Of a stretch of 64,000 bases of DNA, positions 1 through 10,895 are shown piece after piece. Source of the DNA: Rhizophagus irregularis (lineage: Eukaryota); NCBI RefSeq assembly GCF_026210795.1, contig NC_089434.1, positions 1,860,001-1,924,000 on the forward strand, in the 5' to 3' direction. A model generated the notes under the pieces. The model was not told the origin of the DNA. It saw nothing but the letters and a program-made list of their open reading frames with translations, and ran no database searches. The position numbers and the translations under genes were made by a program. Position 1 is the stretch's first letter. Every line of letters begins with the position of its first letter.

Positions 1-388
1 ATCGATTTCTTTCATCCCGAAGAATATTCTGGATTGTTTGACTGTGTGCTGTAAGAAATGAAGCATAGTCATGCTCTCCAGGTGTTCCTATAGCAATATC
101 AGCTGTAAAGTTTGAGTCTGTTAACTCCTTTCCTATACGTACCTGATCACGACGTTCAAAGACTACCTCATAATGTGGGTCTGGGTCAATTTGCATCATG
201 CGGGTTATCTCTTCATTGGTTACCGCCGCTTGTGCTTCACGGATTTGGCGGATCTCATCCTCATATTCCTGCAATTTTGCATTTGAGCGGGGATATAGGA
301 TGGATTTGACAGGTACCTGTTTGAGTTCAGCTAAAACTGATCGGACGACTTGTCTGTGTTGGGCACTTCTTGCTTGATGTGTTGACAT
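1..388 (-). pseudogene. Frameshifted intronless ORF of the virus-like element, running off the window
   Basis: ATG at 388 gives MSTHQARSAQHRQVVRSVLAELKQVPVKSNPISP. A shift near 285 continues as NAKLQEYEDEIRQIREAQAAVTNEEITRMMQIDPDPHYEVVFERRDQVRIGKELTDSNF...ILRDERNR, open to base 1. Confidence 0.55.
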
Positions 389-410
389 CTTGTATACTTT
401 TTAGATCCCT

Positions 411-434
411 CTTTTATTCAATTACATTTTTTCT
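411..434 (-). promoter_or_regulatory. 24-bp upstream motif AGAAAAAATGTAATTGAATAAAAG, copy 1
   Basis: Identical to 1110-1133; 22 nt upstream of the ATG at 388. Confidence 0.6.
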
Positions 435-525
435 GAAAATAAAATTAATTATTCGCCTACCCTATAAGGATAAAAAAAGATGAAGACGGGTTAATATCGC
501 CTTCTAAAATTTATCTGGATATAAT

Positions 526-1070
526 CTATTCCTCGTCATCTGAGTCATCATCATCCGAGTCACCGAACGCATCCTCATCAGGAGTATCCCCATCCTTAAA
601 TAACTCAAAATTGCGCATCATTCGGATGTATTCTCCCTTATTAGTTTCTTCCGATATAAAACTACAATGGAGAATAGCTTGTTCTATGACTACCATTTCT
701 TCGAATCTGGTATACTTTTCTTGACTAATTTTAGTTGATTCATCGGAAAGTTTATCAAAATTTATACCACCATCTGCACAATCTCGCCAGAAAGCCCTTT
801 CAGCTTTCTTACATATATTGCCACTGTTCGTATGTCTATCGACGCATGCGCGCAGCAAAATCTTTCGGCTCTCCAGATTGGATTAACTTCTAGAAGATGC
901 GGTCCAAAATTGTTACTTGGAATGTATTCCAGGATATGGCCTACAAGTTTGGGGATTGTTAATACTGCGTGCGGGGTTTGACAGCTTTTTAGGATTTCCC
1001 TATTGATAGCCATAAGATCGGAGACTGTGCAGCCGAAGATTGATGCCAACTTTTCCGCGGTATATGCCAT
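526..1070 (-). pseudogene. Frameshifted gene with an F-box-like N-terminal segment and an acidic tail
   Basis: Overlapping ORFs 762-1070 and 526-858 join by one frameshift near 855-860. VLTIPKLVGHILEYIP...LLEVNPIWRAE resembles the F-box consensus. The C-terminus is DEDAFGDSDDDDSDDEE. Confidence 0.5.
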
Positions 1071-1109
1071 GTTATGTGCTATTTATCTGTATAGTTACTT
1101 GGTACCTAC

Positions 1110-1133
1110 CTTTTATTCAATTACATTTTTTCT
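1110..1133 (-). promoter_or_regulatory. 24-bp upstream motif AGAAAAAATGTAATTGAATAAAAG, copy 2
   Basis: Identical to 411-434; 39 nt upstream of the ATG at 1070. Confidence 0.6.
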
Positions 1134-1270
1134 CGGTATAAGGGTAATTGCTTGCCTTGCTATTCCGCTCTATTGACCCCATGGCTGGTTTCCTGGATGG
1201 GTTAATATTTCCTTATCTTTTTTGGCTCCGTTGGCTTTGAAATCCTATTTCTTGTTCGGTTAATTTTTTC

Positions 1271-1520
1271 AGATTGTATGGTGGTAATAGAGTTGTATGG
1301 TGGTAATAAAACTATATGATGGTAAGCTAGATTATATGAAAAGTGGTAGGTGGATTATATGGTGGTAATTAAAATTATATGATGGTGGTAACTAGATTAT
1401 ATAAAGTGGTAGTTAAATTATAGTAAAAGTGGTAGGTGGATTATATGATGGTAATTAAGTTATATGATGGTGGTAATTAGATTATATAAAGTGGTAGTAT
1501 TTTAGATTATATGGTGGGGG
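1271..1520. repeat. Subterminal tandem array, ~12 units of ~19-24 bp (core GATTATAT..GTGGTA)
   Basis: Units read directly, with a higher-order period of about 4 units; the array ends ~30 bp from the ACTACT terminus. Confidence 0.85.
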
Positions 1521-3342
1521 TGAGCCAGAACCGGCATTTTCATACTACTTTTTATCCATGCATTGACTAGTACCCTTTATTTCAGTTGTAATCATAAAAA
1601 AGAAATAAAATCATTTAATATGGATTGCAATCTGTAGTGCCTAGTACACATGTTGAAATGTACTATACCATTAATTTTTATTTAAAATAAATTAATGTAA
1701 TTAATGTATAATTAGTTTATATATTTTTTTTTTTATTTTTTAAATTTTAAAGTTTATTAATTATAACACTTAAAACCATACAATATAGGTGTTACATATC
1801 ACGAAAATACAGACGACAGGTCAACTACCCCACAGTGCAATGAAGATGCATTAATAAATCTGATACAAATACACTTACGAACTAAAAAAAAATGAAATGC
1901 AGGAAAAAACAAAACAAAAAAAAAGAATCCTACATACAAAAATGAAAACAAAAAAACAAAATGAAAAAATAAGGAAACAGTCAGTAATGAAGCCATCCTA
2001 TTACAACTTCTAAAACTAAGACTATATATCTGAACATTCTTTCAAACTTATCAAGACACTTCCAGCTTTTTAAGCATCAACCTTATTTCTGCTAATATAG
2101 TAAGCTTGTCAATACCGCCCAAGGTCTTATCTATGTTCTTGATTTTCTTGACCACCTTTTGCTTCTTATTTGACTGAATGTTTGTATAATTAGTTTATAT
2201 ATAGTATATATTATTACTAATATTTGCTATCTATTAGTAAATAAGTTAATATACTAACAATTAGTTTTTTTTTATTTAAAATTTTAAATTTGAATAATTC
2301 CCTAAACATATTTTATTTTCTTTAAATATTATTAATTATTAATTATTTTTTATAATAAAATTACAATAATAATTCTTTATTAATAATTAAACATTTCTTT
2401 AAACTTTTATAAATCCTGAAATCCAAAATTATGAAATTTTTATCAAATTTATTGATATTTATACATTTTAATATTTTATTAAAATCTAATAATTCCTTAA
2501 TTTTTAAATTCTATCTTATTTTCTTTAATTTCTAAAAAATTTTACAATATTCTACATTTCTACAATATTCTAGATATTTATGCTTCTATAAATATATTAT
2601 ATACTAATTACATTTGACTAATAAACTATTAATAATTAAAATATAAACATAACTATTTTAAATAAATATAACTATAAATAAAATCTTTATATTATAAACT
2701 AAAATATAATAAATAATTTTTTATTAAAATTATGATTTACAACATTAGTTATACTTTTTAGATTAAAAGAAAGCCATATTTGATTAATTAAAAAAAGAAA
2801 TTGCTAGCATTATATTATTCTAAATTACTTGAATTTATTACATCTATTTTTTTATATAATTATTCTTAATAATTTCATATTGAATTACTTTAACATTATC
2901 ATTTTTCAATTACTAATATATTTTAAATTATTAATTTTTTAATAACTTAGTTGTATTCTAAAAAGAGTAAGGAATTTGCAAATTTACCTAAAATATCTTT
3001 TATATTATATATCTTTTACTAAATTATTTCATAAATTTATATAATTATATTTATTTATATAGCAAATAGCAATTTAGTCAAATATCTTGAATTTAAAACT
3101 TAAAAATCTTTAATTTATTGCATATTTACTGAATCTATTTTAAAATTAATATGAAATTAACTTTATAAAGTTGAGTTTTTACTTTTAATAATTTTTTGAT
3201 TAATTTATTTTAATCTTTAATCTTTTAATAAAAAAAATTAATTTAGATATATAGTTATTCTATTTATTTATAAGATAATTATATCAAAGATTTAAGGTAA
3301 AAATAGGATTCTACCTACTTCTAAAATAGGCTATTCCTAAGC

Positions 3343-3643
3343 CTAAAATAAGGTTTATATGGTTTATATATAAAATTTATTAAAATTTTACTATAAAAAA
3401 ATTTTTATATTACATTATTATAATTTTTTTTCTTTTTGACTAATTAACTAATAGAATTTAAACAAATTCTAAAATAAGGTTTCATATAAAAGTTGAAATT
3501 TTCTATGGTAATATTTATTAGTTATAAATGGGATCTTATAAAAATTATATATAAATTTCTTTGCATTTACTATAAAAGAAAATTTTATTTTATATTATTA
3601 TGATTTTTTTTCTTTTTAATTAATTAACCAATAAAATTTAAAA
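3343..3643. repeat. Degenerate direct duplication (~3343-3465 and ~3469-3643)
   Basis: Both copies begin CTAAAATAAGGTTT and share TTTACTATAAAA...TTTTTCTTTTT(G/A)A(C/T)TAATTAAC..AATTTAAA. Confidence 0.65.
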
Positions 3644-3950
3644 AAAAGTAAGATAAAAATCATTAGTAAAGGACTAATTTTCTACAGTGAACTTTATTAT
3701 AAATTAAGGATACTTGCTAAAACTATTTTTTCAAAATTTTAGTTTAGTCAAAATTCAATCTGAAACTATTTTTTATAATAAAATTAATTGCTTAAACTGT
3801 TTTTATGTTTTTTTAAAACTAATTATAATTTAGAAAAATTTAGATTTACCAATTTTTTTATTAAAAATAAAGTTTTTGGGTTTCAGATTTTTGAATTTTA
3901 TTGTTAAATGAATTTTGAGCAGTAACACTATTATAAAGAGTGATATAAAA

Positions 3951-4157
3951 AGTTGTGGAGTTTGATGGAGATGATGAATGGAGTACGGTCTCCTATGTAA
4001 CAGGTTACTCAAGTAATAAATAATACGATGGGCCAAACACATGATTCAGAATAGGTTGAGATACTATTTATTACCTAAGTACGCTTTACACCCTTTATGT
4101 TACATACCACCAAATGTCACTGTACTCTACTCAACATCCTTACCAAACTTCACAACT
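3951..4157. repeat. Imperfect ~40-bp inverted repeat pair, probable MITE relic
   Basis: AGTTGTGGAGTTTGATGGAGATGATGAATGGAGTACGGT (~3951-3990) versus ACTGTACTCTACTCAACATCCTTACCAAACTTCACAACT (~4119-4157). Confidence 0.55.
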
Positions 4158-5053
4158 ATTCGTCTCACTGTATTATAAATAAGCAAAATTCTCTAAAAAG
4201 GCCAGGTAAAATTAGTTAATGTATGCCAAATATGAAAAAGTTTACTACTATTATATTTACTTAAATTATATTTGATAAAAAGAAAAAAAAAATATTTATT
4301 TAGCAGAAATATAGTTTTTACTTTACTTTTTTATTATCATATATAAAATAATTAATAGAACACCTTTAATTTTATACATATTTATTTTTTAAAGAAATTT
4401 TTTTCAATTTATTTTTCACTTATTTATGCAAGTTTTATATATTTTAAAAATAACTTTTATCAAACTTTTAAAATTATTATAATTTATAAGAATGCATTTT
4501 ATAAATTGATTATATATATTGATTCTTTTAGTAAAAAATAATTATAAAATCAAATCATCATGAAATATTAGATTATAACTAAAATTACTAGATTATATCA
4601 TCCAATAATATATTAATCATTATAAGAAATGTTATTATTAAATATTAAATTTTTATAATTAATTAATTATATAAAAAATGTAAAGGTAAATAATAGTAGA
4701 TATTAAGAATTAAATATATATAGCATTATTGTATGAAGATTTTATGAAATATTACTTTTGTTATCTAATATTTTATAATATTTCCATCTTTTAAAATTTC
4801 ATATAATATAAAAAGTAAGTATGAAGTTCAATATATTATCTGTATTTATATATATCACATTTAAAATTCCTCTTAATTTATTTTTGCAATTATCCAAAAT
4901 TTTATTAAGATTAACTCTATTTAAAGTTTATTGATTATATTCTTTATATTTTTATCAGCTTTTTCATTTTCAACATTTTTACAACTTCTGCATTTTCATC
5001 AGTTTTTCTTATTGATACCAGCAACCTTTTCTTATTCTTCCTGTTATTTTACA

Positions 5054-5847
5054 ACTAAAAATGGCTAATTTTTTGAAATATTTTTATAGATTTAGATATA
5101 ATGGCTTTCAAAACAATTGTGCAATTATTTTTTAAAATTTTTAAAATATATCAAGATATATTTGAGGTATTTTTGAAATTAAAATATTAAAATAATATCA
5201 AAGCAAGTTAATTATATTATAATAATAAAATGGGTATTGCTAAATATCACCAGTGGATCGTCATACATATTAATTCTGGCTGAAAATTATAATTTTGGCC
5301 AGAGTTAAAAAATACATCATAAATTTTTTTTCAAAAATTTCAATTTAAATAATAAATGTGTAAAACAAACCTGAGTAGATACTAATCACACTAAAATTTG
5401 AAAATTTGACTAAAAAAAATCTTTTTTAAAACAAAAAATTGTATTTTGCTTATAAAATCAAACTTTCCTATTTTTCTCAAAAACTATCTAAACAACAGCC
5501 TTTATAATCTAAGGCAAACTTGTTCTACCTATAAATTTACATATAGTAATGATATTTATATTATAATTAGAATAATATCTCAGTCAAAAAATTTTGAAAA
5601 TTCAAAAAATATTTTACATGTAGTAACGATCACCACTGGTGATATTTAGCAATACCCTAATAAAATAATAACAAAAATATTAAAAAATTATTGTGATATT
5701 ATTTTGAGTTATTTTTATAGACTTAAATATAATATAATTACAAAATAATAACAAAAATATAATAAAAACATTTTGATGTATTAAATGTATTTTTGTAATA
5801 TTTTAAAATTATTACAAAATCATTTCAAAAAATTGGCCATTTTTAGT
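5054..5847. mobile_element. Non-autonomous TIR element carrying a nested MITE
   Basis: 26-bp TIRs with one mismatch: ACTAAAAATGGCTAATTTTTTGAAAT at 5054 and ATTTCAAAAAATTGGCCATTTTTAGT ending at 5847. TSD not resolved. Confidence 0.7.
5232..5657. mobile_element. Mutator-like MITE with 9-bp TSD
   Basis: Perfect 25-bp TIR GGGTATTGCTAAATATCACCAGTGG / CCACTGGTGATATTTAGCAATACCC, flanked by TAATAAAAT at 5223-5231 and 5658-5666. Confidence 0.88.
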
Positions 5848-6228
5848 AAAGTAAGACTATGATTTTTTACTTGTTTTAATTATTTTTTAGCAAATTCCAA
5901 TACTAAAAAATCTTTTCCATTCATTTTAAGGAAAAAATCACAGTTATTTTTCTTTTTATATCTTTTTTAAAATTACTTTATTTTAAAAGTATTAAATTTT
6001 TTCTTCTACAAAACTTAATAAATTTAGCCATATTATATTTTTTAACATCTTTAATAGAAAGGTTAACTATTTTTTAGCAGATTTTTTTTATAAATAAGCA
6101 AACCCATTCTTAAAGGTAATATATAAATGTATTTATATTTCAATTTTTTTTTGTTTCTTTTTTCTTTTTTATAATAATACCAAATAATCTATTAACCATT
6201 GTAAATAATAATATAGGAAAAATTATAC

Positions 6229-6596
6229 TAGAGTTGAGTGCCAAAACTCTTTGCTAAAATTTCAAAATAAATTTTAGATTTCAGCAATAGTTTGAGATTT
6301 TGATATTAATTAGCTAGAAATCTACCTCAAATTATTGCTAAAATTTCAAACTGTTATCAAAATTCTGGACCATTGCTGAAATTTCAGACTATTGTTAAAA
6401 CTTAAAATTGGATGATAAAATCTCAAACCTATCAACTATATTTCTTGCCAAAATAATTTCAAACTGTTGCTAAAAATCCAAAACTGATGCTAAAATTCCA
6501 TATTATTACCAAAATTCAACTCTAAAATTTGATTTAAAATTTTGGCAGAAAGTTTTGACATTTGTTATAGCCAAAACATTTCAGTACCCAACTTTA
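6229..6596. mobile_element. hAT-like MITE with 8-bp TSD
   Basis: Decayed TIRs TAGAGTTGAGTGCC... / ...GTACCCAACTTTA; AATTATAC at 6221-6228 and 6597-6604; internal repeats of TTGCTAAAATTTCAAA. Confidence 0.75.
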
Positions 6597-7515
6597 AATT
6601 ATACCCCTTTTGGCATGATGTTATATATACAAGCTGTAGATCTTGGAATTGCAAAGTTTTCATGCACCTACAACATATAATTTTAATTGCTATTAGCCTA
6701 TTACCCATTAAGAATTGTCAAGCCCTTTCCTTTTATAGCCTATTCAGGTTGTCTTCTTTAATTTTTTCTATTGAAAAGAATTTTCAGATTTCTTTAACAC
6801 AAAAATAACAATTTTGGGAAGAAGTATTAATACCCTGAACTGGCTGTATCACAAAAATTACATTTTTGATCCTTCTTATATTACTTTCTTAACTGGTCAA
6901 AATATGATTATGTATAATAAAAATGTTCCTTTTTTAACCTGAAATGTGATATGTGATAAAGAAAGAAATATTTAACAAAGACAGCATATTTTTTTATTTC
7001 TACAATATTGATAAAATTAAAATAATTTTATTTTAATTACAAAAGATAGCCAATAAGTAGATTACATTTAAGAGTAGTGGTAATAAATACTAAACTACAA
7101 CTGCATAAAACTAAATATTAAATAAAAAAAATAAATTATTTTGTCATTAATCATTAATGATAAAAAAATAAGTAATATATTGTTTTTTTCAATGTGTCTA
7201 TAATAGAAAAATAACAACGCATCAATGTTTTTTGTAGGTCAAGAAAAGAAATTTTTGTCATACATAATCATGCATGGTAATACGAGGAGGGTCAAGAACG
7301 TAATTTTTGCTTATTCGCTAGAATAGCAGTATAGCACCGGTTTTATATGATCACGCGAAGTTTATTTATACAGTTTACAGTAGGATCGGCATCGTGCATG
7401 AATAGAGTCAAAACCTTACGTCATACGCGTGCGATCAACAAGTCCTCTTATAACTGATAATCTTTGTTGACTTTGCTCTAAACTGATTTTTGATAACAAA
7501 ACTGAAAACAAAACT

Positions 7516-9339
7516 ATGGACGCAACTAATTTTAATAACGACAAACCTGAAGTGGTCGAAAAGTTTGAATATATGGAAGATGTTAGTCGGGTCATGTCGG
7601 TGACGTCAAGTACTCGATCGCCACAAACTAAAAATTATTTAGCTAATAAGTGTGGTGGAATACAAGTAATTATTATAAATTTAAAGTGGATTTTTATCAT
7701 ATTATCATTTCAACGCGTTTATAATAATAATATATCTCGTCTATTAGAAACGTGCATTCGTACCAACAGTGCCAAAACCTTTCAAATTTTATACTGAATC
7801 GTGGGCCAATAACTCTTGTAATAAAGAAAATTCCCCAAAATCACCATTTATTCCTTTAGCTCTCAGTGTGCAACAATTTTTAGACAATCCAACCAGATTC
7901 GATGCTAAGGTATCAGATGATAATACGTTTCAAAAATCAACATCGTGATTTTGAAGCTAACAATCGCAATTTTTTCCTTAAAAAAAAGTCTGATAAAGTA
8001 CGTTCAAATACCTTAACTGAACCGAAATCTCCGTACTTGCGCACTAAATATAGGTCTAAACCCACTACGTAAGTTATACGTCACTAATAAATTGAAGTTC
8101 AAATAAATAAAATAAATACGAAAAATCATTCATAAGCCGGGTAATTAATTATTAATGTATTTGATTCTTGTTCAGTATATTACCTACAGAAGAGCGTAAA
8201 ATAAGGGAAATGAGAGGTTATAGATTCAAGGCTAACCCATTAGATCGAAAGGTAATTGCTCGTCTGAGATTTTACGCATAAAACATCGTTACATCTCTTG
8301 CTTTAAAATTTAAATTCTCTTTTAAAGATCCTTGAAAATAGGAATTTCGGAATCCCAAAAGTACAAAAGCCAAAGTTGACTGAACCATATTCACCGGCCA
8401 TAACGAAACCTAAGCCACCAAGACCGAAGAGTCCTTCACCACCACGTGTCATTAAAGCTAATCCCGTACCTGATTATAAAGAACCATATAGACCGGTGCT
8501 TGAACACCGGTTAATCGAATTACCAGTGTTTAATTTACCTGGTGAGGAAATTTCCAAGAGGAAATCACAAGAAATTGAAGAAAGGATTCGTCAAGAAAAA
8601 GAGAGAATGGAAAAGATGCGTGAATTTAAAGCGCAACCACTTCTTACTGGTTCCCCTGATGTATGTAACCATTATACGTACTAGAATAAAATAAATAAAG
8701 AATTATTCTAATTATTCTTCTCTTTTGTTTTAATGTCCAAGTGTCTGCCTACACGTCCTTATCATCCACCAACTCACCCGAAACCATTTGCATTGTTAAC
8801 TAATGATCGTGGAGAAAAATATCAAAGAGAATTTTATGAGAAAGTGAGAAAAGAGCAGGAATATATTAAGGAAAGTCGATTCCATGCACAACCTCTCCCC
8901 AATTTTGAGCCCAAAATTCCTAGAAAACCTGAATGTCCTCCACCAACAGAACCAATTGGTTTTTTCTTTTTTACTGATACTCGTATGGAAGAACGTCATA
9001 TTTATGACGAACACAGAAGATTCCGAGAGAAGGAAGCTGAGGAACAAAGAATAGCAAAGATCATGGAGGAAGAGGTAAGATATAAGAACTAATTCATATT
9101 ATCGATCTTTTTTCAATATTTAACTTTTTATGCATTTATGTTAATTAAAGGTACGCAGTGCGGAGGAAATCCATCGGTTAAGAGCAGATTTAGTTCATCA
9201 CGCTCAACCTATTCGATATTATACACCGATAAATATACAACCATCGGATAAAAAATCGACAAGACCAATTTCTCCCATGATCGGTGAAAAACGACGTAAA
9301 TACATGCAAATGTTGGATAATTACGAAGGGCGTCCTTAA
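7516..9339 (+). CDS. TPX2: TPX2-family (targeting protein for Xklp2) microtubule-associated protein, ~7 exons
   Basis: Spliced exons at about 7516-7665, 7748-7909, 7989-8068, 8176-8251, 8328-8660, 8742-9074 and 9151-9339. They give TPX2-type motifs LTEPKSPYLRTKYR, FKANPLDRKIL, FKAQPL, FHAQPLP, TEPIGFFFFTDTR and a C-terminal EIHRLRADLVHHAQPIRYY...KSTRPISP. GT-AG introns. The true start could be further upstream. Confidence 0.8.
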
Positions 9340-9812
9340 TGTGCGTCCCGGGTATAGCTGAGATTATTATTCCATACCCTTTTTTCCTTAAATATGATTG
9401 GTTCAAAATGTGGCTCAACCAGCCACAAATTTTGTGTAACATTTATCTTTGAAAAAATATTTTTTTATTCTTTCACAAATATGTTCAGGTATTCTTCTTT
9501 ACAAAAATACATCATCAAAAATGTATAATACTGTATGGCAGTTACATTTTGCCTTTATAAATTATTTATTTTTTTAAATTAAAATTATTAAAAATCTTAT
9601 AAAAATTATCAAAAAAGTAAATTTGATTTTAATAAAGACAAATTTAAACTTTTAAAAATAGATTATCTTTCTAAAATATTAAATAATAAATTGGGGTTTT
9701 TTTTAAATTAATTCTATTAATTCTTAAAAATAAAAAGTTGATAAGCTAATTAGGCTGAGCCAATTTTTTGTTTATCGCAGTTTTCAGAATTCTGTATACG
9801 TTATAATTACTT

Positions 9813-9968
9813 GATGATTATGATTACAGGACAATAACTGGACAATTACTGGACAATTACTGAGTGATTATGATTATAGGACGATTATAGGACGATTACA
9901 GGACAATTACCGGGCAAAATTGTCCAGTTTTTGTCCAGTAATCGTCCTATAATCACAATCTCATAATC
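9813..9968. repeat. 11-bp tandem units (GGACAATTACT/GGACGATTATA) with inverted copies; foldback/MITE-like
   Basis: GATTATAGGACGATTA (9872-9887) is the reverse complement of TAATCGTCCTATAATC (9939-9954). Confidence 0.7.
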
Positions 9969-10460
9969 TTTTTTATTAGATGACCTGCAGGGGGTAGCAC
10001 AATTTTGAAAAGCGCAATAATATAACATAGGGGGTCCCAATCTGGAGGACAAAAATTAATACATAAAATACAATACATGGCCAGAATTACCATTAATTTT
10101 GGCCAAATTTTTGACCAAAAGAGTGAGCAAAAATTTTGGATGATAATTCCAGCTAAGACTTAAAGATTTGTCTAATTTCAGCTTAAATTACATGTATTTT
10201 TTTTACATAAAAATCCAAAAACAGAGGGGGAAGGGGGTTATGTTAAACAAAAAATTGCCTTATTATAACAAGATTATTTTTAAATACTTTAATTTTTTTT
10301 TTTTTGGTAATTGCTATACATTTACTAAGAACAATTTTAAATACTTTAATAATAAATTATCTATTATTATTAAATTATAAAATTACCTTTTTTATATTAA
10401 TTTTAAAAAATATATCTGATATTAATAAAAAAGCTTATGCTTTAGTAATAAACTAAATTA

Positions 10461-10895
10461 CAGTAATACCTTTATAAGTGCATTCTCTATAAGTGTATAC
10501 ACTATACATGAAGCCGAAACCTCTATAAAGCTGGACAGGGTTTTGGACTTTCAGTAATTTAATTATAATAAATTATTAAAAATTATCCAGAAATCCATCT
10601 GAAACTCCAAAGACTTTATATTATAGTTTCAGCTGGATGTAAAGATTAATTTTTATCATTTATTAACTTAATTTTGATTTAAAGACGTGGCCAAAAATCA
10701 CGTGAAAAGGTTTCAGCTACAAGTATAGTATACACTATATAAATTCTCTTTAAGTGCATGGTGGGTTTGGTTCCAAGTTCTAATTTATAAGGGCTTTTAA
10801 TATTTATTTTCTATAAATGCACATTCTCTTTAAGTGCACATTCTATTATTTTTTACTATAATTCCAAGGAGGATGCACTTAAAGAAGTATTACTA
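10461..10895. mobile_element. Tc1/mariner-pogo-type MITE interrupted by a nested element
   Basis: Left end TA|CAGTAATACCTTTATAAGTGCA; right end TGCACTTAAAGAAGTATTACTA (decayed); internal repeats of TCT(A/T)TAAGTGCA. Confidence 0.65.
10500..10730. mobile_element. CACTA-terminus MITE nested in the preceding element
   Basis: CACTATACATGAAGCCGAAACCT versus AGGTTTCAGCTACAAGTATAGTA; TA on both flanks. Confidence 0.65.

Larger units (their letters stand above)
1..1549. mobile_element. End of a probable Maverick/Polinton-like (virus-like) element; the rest lies left of the window
   Basis: A GC-richer, gene-dense, intronless block ends at ...CATACTACT (1541-1549), which is 5'-AGTAGTATG on the minus strand, the (AGT)n terminus typical of Maverick TIRs. 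It is preceded by a tandem array (1271-1520). The two internal genes share an identical upstream motif. No hallmark gene (pPolB, integrase, capsid) is visible in the window. Confidence 0.6.

Noticed and set aside
112..309. Plus-strand 65-aa ORF
   Set aside because: Antisense shadow of the minus-strand frameshifted ORF.
1271..1520. CRISPR-like or telomeric array
   Set aside because: No unique spacers and no TTAGGG units; it is a degenerate tandem repeat, better explained as subterminal TIR repeats.
1799..2180. Possible LINE ORF1-end/ORF2-start fragment (…TILAEIRLMLKKLEVS* followed by MASLL…)
   Set aside because: Only a remembered resemblance; no endonuclease or RT motif is present, so it is not called as a feature.
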